Source: Trichosphaerium sp. ATCC 40318
Taxonomy: Eukaryota > Protista > Tubulinea
Direction: 5' to 3'
Assembly (NCBI GenBank): GCA_038496445.1
Contig: JALMLS010000273.1
Span: 1-59,784, forward strand
Length of the DNA stretch: 59,784 nt
In this document: positions 50,301-59,784 of the stretch, piece by piece
Layout of the letters: each line of letters starts with the position of its first letter
Numbering within the stretch: position 1 is the first letter of the stretch
Translations under genes and position numbers: made by a program
The notes under the pieces: generated by a model
What the model saw: only the letters and a program-made list of their open reading frames with translations
The model's database searches: none
What the model was told of the DNA's origin: nothing

Positions 50301-51005
50301 AGAGCTGCATTATACTCTCCTAGCTTACGTAAAGTGTTAGCAACACCATGTACGCATGTGAAGTGTTCCATTGTTGCTTGGTGAGCAAAGTTCCAAGGCA
50401 TTTTAAGAGAAACTTCACCTGTAGGGTGAAGCGCTGGTGGTCTTCCAGCGCCAGTTCTATAATACTCTAAAGCTTCCTATTTTGCATATTATTACGTACT
50501 TTTTACGTTGTTTAAGGTTATTACGTACGTTTTTTGTTTTAGCCCATCGCGCTTGTATTCTGTAAGCGAGAGGACAGTTAGGGCTGATTTTTAATGCTTT
50601 TTTAGCTATTTTGGTGGCTTTTAATGCATCTTTACATTGGGTGGCGGGAAGTGCACTAAATACTTATTATCGAGCGATGTGGTGTCTTTTTTATACGTTT
50701 GGTAGGCTTGAAACTCTTTTGTGCCTTTCCACGCTTCTACATCTTCTAAACGTTTGTTATTACCATAAAGATACTCTTTTAAGCATACCAACATGTAATT
50801 CAGGTCGTACTGATCCAAGCTCAAATAAGGCGATTATTTCGTCATTAAACTCTTCATTACTGTCCACATTGTTACCAACGTAATCTCTAGGTAAATCTGA
50901 TTCGACAGGCATTGCTGGGTTTAGTATTGCGCGTGGAGCGGGAGAAGGGTCATTATAAGCGTTTTTCAGTACGCGTTCGTGAAACCGATGGTGTGCTGTT
51001 GCCAT
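47400..51005 (-). CDS. TPR + ankyrin-repeat protein, multi-exon, with several apparent frameshifts
   Basis: AKKALKISPNCPLAYRIQA (TPR), SPLHSAARSN, LTALHHASYYG, TAVHMAANQ, HGMPVNARDEDGDT (ANK), AQYFKKKQYEKAIDEY and KAHYHRGAAL (TPR). 3' end approximate. Confidence 0.6.
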
Positions 51006-51205
51006 TTTGATGTTTCGACACGTTTTTTATGAAGAAAGACAAAAACCAAGAAAATACAAAAGTTTTCAACAAATGACATTGTAAAAAATTCTCATTATCA
51101 AGAATTTGACTTTGCAAGCACAAGCTGATGGTCTGATTAGATAGCTGCCAGCATGGCTGAGTGCTTTGGTTGTATAGAGTTGCGGTTACATTAAGAACAA
51201 AAAAT

Positions 51206-51280
51206 AGGCCCGAAAGGGAGTCGAACCCTTGACCTCTTGCCTACAAAGCAAGCGCTATAGACCAACAAAGCTACCGGGCC
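51206..51280 (-). tRNA. tRNA-Thr (TGT)
   Basis: Acceptor stem GGCCCGG/TCGGGCC with U73, anticodon arm CTTGC-TTTGTAG-GCAAG, T-arm AAGGG-TTCGACT-CCCTT, followed by an oligo-T Pol III terminator. The D-arm is atypical. Confidence 0.85.
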
Positions 51281-51418
51281 TCTGTTACTATAAGGACTCT
51301 GAAAGGATCGTAGCGGCCCGACAAAGCACTGCGAGCAAGGCATTACAAAATACAAAGCAATACTAAAATATTTGTTGTAATTGTTAATGAAGATATAGCG
51401 CTTAAGTGTTCGGTCTGT

Positions 51419-52916
51419 TTACCATCCCTTAACTACATCATACTCAGTGAGTACAATCATGGTGTTGGTTGGTTCGTGGTAAGCTGTAACTATATACCCC
51501 GAATCCTTAAAGGTTTCCTCTCTAGATGGAGAGTCATAGTACATACTTGCATTGTAGAAAGCTAAAGATACCAAAGGAATTAGCGATAAATCAGAATTTT
51601 GCAACCGTACAAGATGCCCAACCAGAGTGAGAACCCTCAACATCATGAGAATCCTGAAAGAAGCATACAGACGAAAATCCATCAGGGAATTCTTCTTCCA
51701 GGTACTCACCAAGGCTGAATTGTGTTAGAAAAGATACACATTACTTTAAACACTTTTACCCAGCTAACATGCTTGGCGACTCTGTACTAAGTAAATCATC
51801 TTGATCCGATGAATCGTAAGCATCAACACAGTCTAAAAAATTTTCTATTGGAACGCTTATCTTATGAGGCTTTTGAAAAATAACATAAGGAGGTCTATCG
51901 AAAAGAAGTGGTTACAAAAAAAGTCATGTACAATTAAGACTTGTTAACGTACAATTTATCCTTATTCAAGAAATGATATGCATAAGTTCCCATTGACATT
52001 TTAACGCTTTTTTTTTCTACTGATGAAAAATCTGAAACAAAAACAGGATCATCAATATGGATGAAACCATTATTGACACGTTTTATAGCAAAAAAAGCAC
52101 ATAAAGCATGATAACGTTCTATAGGCTCTTCGATATGTTGTGTGAAAGTATCAATACGAATACAAGCAGATAATGACGCATACTCAGCATCTACTACATA
52201 AGCGTGTAAATAGTTCTCTAACCTAATAATCAAAAAGCAACGTACACTCGAAACTATTAACACCTTTGATGTATCCTCTAAAACGTCAAGTTATTAGATA
52301 CTAAATCAAAATGTACTTAAAACGGGTGGTAAATGAGAGTGACAATGACGATAATGTTCTGTTTGGTTTGAATGATTTTAATTGGTTGTAATTGTTGTAA
52401 AGGACAGTGAGGACTGAGTGAGACACAAAAACAAAGAACATGTTATTCTGAGGTTGTAAAAAAAACAACGTACTCAATAATTGGCGGAAAGGTCATTGTC
52501 ACGTGTTTTGGAACATGTTGCACGTGATTCTTAAACAAGTCAAACCAACAGCTCCCCATACTAAAATCATCGAGTTTTTCAAACTCTTTGCTGACTCTAT
52601 TTAAGACTTTGGTTTTGTACTTTGGTAAAACGAAGGAAGACATAAAAAACCGTTTCCACAGCACGTTGGCCTTTCCAACCTTACAATCGTTAGTTCATTT
52701 AACGAACTTTGAAAGTCGTACAAAAGATGAACTGTTTTAGAAGAAATCTAATATTAAACGTGCCTCATTCCACCCTCTACTCACGCACATGTGCGTTAAG
52801 ACGTCATATCGAGAAGAATACGCGTAAATATGTAATAAACAGTCGTAAGGCAATTCGCAACAAATACCATGGCTTTTTTGTACTCTCTTTGCTTCAGGCG
52901 TTGTGGTTTGCTGCAT
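51419..52916 (-). CDS. F-box protein, multi-exon
   Basis: ELPYDCLLHIYAYSSRYDVLTHMCVSRGWNEA..NVLWKRFF; downstream exons in ORFs 52443-52664, 51934-52263 and 51419-51712. Confidence 0.6.
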
Positions 52917-53171
52917 GTCGAGGTAACTGAAGCTGTAAAACAGCAATAGTAACTTAACAACTCATTTAAGTTACAAATCTGCCACTTTCACAAAGTTTTG
53001 TTGTAGAAAATATTTGAAATTGCAGCCGCGTTACCAACAAGAAATGTTTGCCGCTCGCTAGTGTCAGTAGAATAAACTTGAGTTGCATTATTGTAACACA
53101 ACAATAGAAATCTAACATTAATATCTTTATTGCAGCAAAGACGGCTGATGTTTACAGAGATTACAAAATAT

Positions 53172-54430
53172 CTATAGTTGGAATAGAATGCACAATAGTA
53201 AAGCAAACAATGAAACGATTGTTGACATTGCTGATGATGTATTGGCAGCTCTGCTTTGTGGATCTTCGGAACAAGATCCTTCTCCAGTGACCTCCAATGA
53301 ATAGAAGCGTACTGTAGAATACTGATCACCAGAGTTGGCTTGCAAGTAGTTACCAGCCTTAAAGTAATTGGTGAAACTGCCCCAGTATTTGCTAACATCA
53401 ACATCTAATTTTTTCTCGCCATCAAGATATACTAAAAGATCTCCATCATCAACCTAGGATTAAAGTAAGACAAAGAAAATATCTTTGAAGCAAAAAAAAG
53501 GCATACATGTATCTCCATGTCAAAGCGACCATAACCAACACTACCAAGGGTAACCTGAAGAATTAGTTAGTGTGAATTGGAGCGAAACAAAAGTGGGGAG
53601 GGTTGGACTCATCAAGTACCTTTGGAGCGTCATCACCGTCTTTGTTTTCCTTGTACAAAGCATAAATGGTACCACTTGATTCCCATTGAATTTTTATCAA
53701 AGGAGGTGCGTCAAAAGCGTGGATTTGGAGTACTACGACTTTGCTTGCAGCTGTTTTGGCTCTATCAACCTTGAGAGTAGCTTTCATTATGTGTTTGCCA
53801 TCAATATGCCAGTTCTAAAAATACATTAACCAAACACTGCAATCACGTGTTTTTTTTTTTGACAATTGTGTATTTTTTTTAAATTGATTCTTACGTCGTT
53901 GTCGTTAGATGGATTACAGAGTTGGCGTAACTCAGACCTAGGATAACTCGATCCTTTTGTTGTACCGCCATTAGAAGGACAATAAAATGTCATCGATCCA
54001 TCACCTCCAGTGTAAAAGTAATCTGAGGTATACGTTTCCAACTATAGCGTCGTTAGATAATTTACAAACGGTAAAGCAAGCGTAATAACGGTGTACATAG
54101 AAAAAAACCGTATAAACCAAAACAGCCCCAAAAAGAAAACAAATATGTTAAAACCGAACGATTAAACAGTCTCACGTATGACAGAACAAACCAGAAAATA
54201 AAAAGCAAAAAAAAAAAAGTCGTACTTGAGAAGGTGATTTTTCAGATACTGATGAATCAGGAAGTGTTATCTTCCAGTTGCTGAGATCGAAGTTTTCTCC
54301 AGGTGTTTTGTCTGTATCAAGCTGTGCGAGACAGAGTGCTAAGAATGCTGATAAAATAATCCACTTCTGGTTAACAAAGTCGTAAGCGAGATGTATAGAT
54401 ACAAACAGACGGAAATATTAAACGAACCAT
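53172..54430 (-). CDS. Polysaccharide lyase family 7 paralogue with a C-terminal GPI-anchor-like tail
   Basis: M|KWIILSAFLALCLAQ-LDTDKTPGENFDLSNWKITLP, YPRSELRQ, VVVLQIH, YFKAGNYLQ, then ...SRAANTSSAMSTIVSLFALLLCILFQL*. Intron positions match 7304-8312. Confidence 0.88.
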
Positions 54431-55814
54431 TTTTCCGCTTGTGTTGCTTCTTGTTTGGTAAAGTGAGTATAATGACCGCTAGTGCGCTAATTTACTCGTT
54501 CACAGTACGCTAGCACCCGCAAAGTTCGGGTGTAAGTAACCGCTAGTGATATATCCTCGCTGGATTTTGATGTACGGAGAGTTAACTGGTTGTCTTACTT
54601 TTCAAATAAGCTTTCTTTGGTAAAAATAAAGCAAAATGTTACTCACATAGGTACCCTCTGTAAGTTACTATGTATAATCAGTGTAACGGTAGTATAAAGA
54701 TGGCACGTAGAAAGCGGAAGTGCGGCGCTATTATTTTTCCGTTGTACTAATTCACCATTTTGGCTGAACAGACAAAATAAGTGCCTTGCGGAAAAATGGG
54801 TTGAAGAAAACCTCCGTTGGTGTATACCTCGCGACAATAAACACGCTAGCCATCTCTCGACGCTTTCGCTAGTACATAAGATTATTACGCTTGCCAGCAG
54901 TATGATGCGATTTTTTATTATCTCTCAACACTTCTACGGTATTGTAGAAGGCCAGCAGCGTAATAATAAACAAAACTATATTTGGCAAACAAAGAAAAAA
55001 AAAGCGGTTGGTGTGAATTACTTTAATCCTCTATCTTTTCGTATACAAACAACCTAACAGCGCGATATACTAAAACAGTAAATCTTGAGCATTTTGTGCA
55101 GTCTTTTCATTGTTGATTGCGTCACCCTTTTGGTGTCCAAAGCGTACAAACCACGTTTTATTGTCGTTACTAGCAAACGGGAGTATTAATAGAGACGCAA
55201 TATTTTGCCAACTTGCGCAAGTTTTGAAAGCGCCAAAAAAAAAACAACAACCTTTTTAAAATAAACCGGAACAAATGAATCAATTGTATATTTCTGCGTT
55301 TACACCCAACGTCTCCAAGTGTCTGCAGTAAAGTTGCTTTTTGAAAGCATACGATTCACAGACCACGTGTGCCACAGACACAGCACGTAATAAACGGTAC
55401 AACATCACTATAGAACACCGTTTCATGAAGCACGTGAGCAAAAGAAGCTAATGCTTTGAAACGGTACAACGATAATATTATAAACTACTCCGAAATGAAT
55501 CTTGTTCATAGCCTTATGGGTGTTTATTCGGATGCATGATCACTATGCGAACCTAGCTCGCATTGAGTCACAACGCTATGACTTTTGTAAAATACCGTTT
55601 TGTACTTTACAAAAAAGGTAAGAAAAAGCCTCTACACTGTTATTCTATTCGGTTGACAACACTCTGTTGCCTCAAAATACGTAAACTGTTTGTGTACATG
55701 CAATACGCTGTGTTTATTTAATCTACACCGACCATACATGAGCACTTTAGCACTTCTTTCAAATATGAAGAGTAAACAGTATCAATTTTATTAAATTATT
55801 TTGTGTTGAACTGA

Positions 55815-58533
55815 TTAGAGTGTTACACTTGGGATTGTAGGAAGTTCTACACCTCCTTTTGAAGTCTCAATGCTTTCTACAGCTTGTGTTTTATCATCTA
55901 CTTTTGTTGCAGCAGTCACCTGTTCGCTCTTAGTATTTTTACCCAGCACTCTCTTGCCCAACGCAATACACTCTTCATAGAATGGTTTTATAACTAATAA
56001 AGAAACAGATATTAACAAGGGGCAGAAAACCATCAGGGCATAGTGAAGGCGTACCAAGGCACCCAAGGAATAGTAAAAATGATCTTGAATAAACATTAAA
56101 ACTTCCCCATACAGAATGCCACCACGGTGGTATGATCTCTAAGTCTAATGGAGATGTTAATATATAATAATACAAAGTTTAACATTGTTTGACTTGCCAC
56201 ATTGTCCAGGCGTTTTATGCTCGCAAGCTATCCAAGCAGCAACTAGTTCGTTTGCTCTTTCTTCTGAATAAGTGAGTCTTTTAAGTGCTAGAGATATAGG
56301 AACTAAGCTGTAGTATATAAAAAGTAACATCCAAAGAATGAGTATTGCTTGGCTTCTGGCTATTCTTTTTTTGGTTATTGCACTTCCTTTAACAGGAAAA
56401 TTCTTAATCTTTCTGTATTCCTAGAGTTTCAAACAATTTTTAACAAAATTGAGGTACAAAAGGAAATAATTAAGCACGTGCTTGTAATTCAAAATTTTCT
56501 GTACGGAGTTCTATTTTCAAAAACAAAACACAAAAGTAACGTACTGCTGCGATGATTATCGAGAATGTGACCGTTCCAATAATACCCAACGCCGCTGGTA
56601 TTATCATATCAGCTGTCCATACAATAATCAGATCATGTGTATTTCCTCGCACTATCATGATATTTGTTAACAAAAATCAGTTTTCTATGAAATAAGTGTA
56701 GGTGTTTGGACGTACTTGTGCAATGTGTTGACACATGAACATTTGATCCAAAATTCTCAGTTGCGAAGAACCAAATATCCACAATAGCCAAGCATATCCA
56801 TGGTACAATATAGCAAGCCGCCCTGTCATACAAAGTTGAGCATAAAACGCTGAGTCAAAATCAAAAACCTATTCTTACTTGAAGTATATCGATGGCTGTC
56901 CTTTCTTTAGAAAAGTGTATGTCATACCGACAACCCATGCTACAAAGGCATAGTGCGAAAGCGATTGAAAGTGATACATCCAAAACCCTAAAACAGTGTT
57001 AGCGAAGAGAAACTCTTACAAAACTAAACCCAAAGACAACGCACCTTGGAATACACAAAACCATGAATCTCGTGGCCTGACATATTCTTCATCGTTCAAA
57101 CAAACAAGATTGTGCGGTGAAAGAATAATACTACCAATATACCTAAGAGTAGACAAGAAGGTATACCTACACTTGGTTAATGTGTATTTTTTTTTTCAAA
57201 TCAAAAAATGTTCGGCTTCAAGTCAACTTTTAGTCTTGGACTAAAACGAAGTGATGGAGTGTTACTACTACGCGGAATAACCATGAAACCACCAAACAAG
57301 AAGCTTAAGCTTGGATTGGTAAAGTAGAAAGGTACGCTTCACACAATGGTGTATCATTAGGAAGGTACGAAGTTTGACTTCTTAGGCATATTCTTTTACT
57401 CTATCGTACCATATAATAAGTGAATGTAACGAAATGGGGAACTTATGTTTCAAAGCAATCCTCGTAGATACCACTACAGCAAATAATCCAACAATAATCG
57501 CAAGAGGAGCAAACACATACATAAGCTACAGCGCAAGAAAAAAAACGTTAGTTTCCCATAATAATAATAAAAAATCACAATGTAGAACAAACTTATACGT
57601 ACAATTATCTCTACCTTTGGTGAGCGAGAGTCAACATATCTCTTAGGACACCCAAAAGAACAAAGTTCTTTAAAACCATCTTCATGGTCTTCATTATAAA
57701 CGGTAGGATGAGTACAATCTGTCGGAAGCGTTTGAATGGTAGCATCATTGCAATCAGGTAAAGGAGCGTAGTCAGGGAAAGAAACTAGACGAAGTAAGAA
57801 CTCTTGTGTGATCGATAAACGAACATGCGCTTTCTGAGACGTACAAGGACCGACTGTAGTGACACTGGAGCAATTAGGTAATATTAAGAGTGCTGTCTGA
57901 CCAAGTGCTTCTACAAGGCACGTCCTTACTGCTTGGCACGTGTTTACGCATATTGGACGTGGTATTGGAAGGTTTCCTATACTTCTTTTAAAATCGTAAT
58001 ATAACCGCTTTAGGAACATAGTAATACGTACCTGTACATTGTCGGTAGACTGTCTTACATAAAAGCTCTTTAAACACGCGACCACAACTATAAATGTAAG
58101 GCAAATAAAAAAAAAGGTCAATAGAATATTCCCACAACACGTGCGGAATATAACTGACAACAAAGAAAAGGTGATTCGTGTGAAGCGGAAACAAAAATAT
58201 GACACAAAAACGAAAAATCACGTGACTAGCGGGTTTATCTTCTTTTGTTTTATAGTGCGCTAATCACGTGTTTTGTCATGTCCGTTTTTTAACGAAGATG
58301 TAAAATTTAACGCACTTTTTATCAACAAGTGATATATCTGAGATAGCGTCTCTAAACGTAAGCTGATAGATGCCATCCAGTACTTGTGTTGTTGTATTTG
58401 GTGGAAGAATAAAATGATAACTTTCTTCAAAGCCACACAGATTGTTTGTTGTGTTTGCGCTTAAGCACAGTTGTCCTGAGATAGTACATATCAAACATAG
58501 TATTATCACTAGATAAGTAGCATTCATCACCAT
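55815..58533 (-). CDS. Frizzled/Smoothened-like (Fsl-type) GPCR with a Cys-rich ectodomain
   Basis: Signal peptide; CFKELLCKTVYRQC and PIPRPICVNTCQAVRTC (CRD-like); about 7 hydrophobic segments across exons at 55.9-57.5 kb; cytosolic tail ending PTIPSVTL*. Confidence 0.62.
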
Positions 58534-58781
58534 ACCTGGAGTGTGCAACAAAAGAAACACAACGACTTCGATACTCCAGAAAAAAAACGTCAACAAACAG
58601 GTCAACAGGTTTCTGTTGGTTTATTTATTAATAAAAAGATCAATCTTTTTTGATACAGATCCCAGGCATTGTAATGTCGTTATTCGGTTCTACCTCACTT
58701 GGACAGCAAGTGCGTTAAAGCTTTTAGTACAGTGGTTTATTAATTGGGACAGTAAATAGCATTGAATTCCCTCCAATAGCC

Positions 58782-59380
58782 TTAGTTTACTCTAATATCA
58801 AACTTTATACTTCGAGAAATTTTGCGTCGTCTTTTGTACTTTGTGTCGTCGGAATGTGGCCACCCAGCGATATGATTCACATGCTTGTACAATATATCAT
58901 CACTAGTCCAATAAGTTTCCGCTACTTTAGTTCCTTTTGAATAAAGGCATTGCCAGAAAATTTGACTGTTGTCATACCAACTCTTTTCTTGTCCATCTTT
59001 TATGCCATCTTGTAACACATTGACTATAGCGTTACCTGCTGTTTACGCTTTAGTGGCATTGGAAATGAGAATATAACTTACGTGATGCCTTGTGGTATTG
59101 GTTTTGTAATGGGAACAAATCAAGTTCCGTTAAGGTAACTTAGTATCAATGTAGTGCACAAACGTTGCGACGTATTTTTGTATTGCACACGTTTATTTTT
59201 GTCAACATTAATCGACCCGAAACAAGCTTATTTTTGGGTGTACCCTTTACATAATCTCAACGCTATCTCCTGTATAGTATAGATTAATATGTAATCTCCA
59301 TTTATGTCCTTCTGGGATAATCAATGTCTCTTTCACTTCTCCGTATTCCATAGTCAACACATTGCCCTGAAGTGTCATTG
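58782..59380 (-). pseudogene. Degenerate MORN-variant repeat gene
   Basis: DGIKDGQEKSWYDNSQIFWQCLY, and upstream GHKWRLHIN resembling HGKWQVHIN of the 40.3-kb gene; intervening stops. Confidence 0.5.
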
Positions 59381-59784
59381 TATTTATTGACAGCTCAGTT
59401 TGAAGTACAAGCAATGACCTATACTATTTAACTTTGACCATGTACTATCAAAAAACAAGAGTCCTTCGGTCGCCATTTGCGTACATTTCAGTTTATAATT
59501 TATGTCTTTTCGGCTGTCTCAAAAGAGTGCTGTAAAACATACTACGGCGAAGGTCAGTAGTTACTCTCAGATAGTAAGTAGGTCGGTTGTAGGTCAGTGG
59601 TGATACTAACAGATACAATCTTAAAGCGTTCTTGTTTGGTTGGTGTCACGTGAATTTCGTGATCACAACAAGGTGACTTGGTAGTAAAGTTGTTTTATAT
59701 GTATTTTTCTGGTCGTACCAATTGAACTACATTAGGTAGAACGGGCTTACTTTTAGTGCTTGTTCAAGAACCACTACATACCAT

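Overview
AT-rich, intron-dense eukaryotic DNA, most consistent with a free-living protist (taxon not determinable). Introns are short (~30-110 nt), often with GTACGT-like donors. Host genes: a small Qc-SNARE head-to-head with coatomer alpha (COPA), two PL7 alginate-lyase paralogues (one secreted, one with a GPI-type tail), a tectonin lectin, a large IPT/EGF multi-pass membrane protein, a permuted papain-like secreted protein, a VWA protein, an ankyrin/TPR gene, a Frizzled-like GPCR, a tRNA-Thr(TGT), several F-box/LRR and MORN-variant genes, and decayed PDX2, kinesin and MORN relics. The centrepiece is a transposon nest at 12.5-22.5 kb. It holds a compact Ty3/Gypsy element with identical 122-bp LTRs, a 4-bp TSD and a single gag-pol frame. 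Two near-identical ~1.04-kb non-autonomous TIR elements (CAGGGCTGAAACTCA ends, 2-bp TSDs, dense AGGCATT subterminal repeats, internal intron-like signals) have inserted into it independently, and a degenerate piggyBac transposase lies next to it. A 1-nt deletion in essential COPA suggests assembly indel errors, so single frameshifts are interpreted cautiously. All calls come from manual reading and motif recognition; no searches were run.
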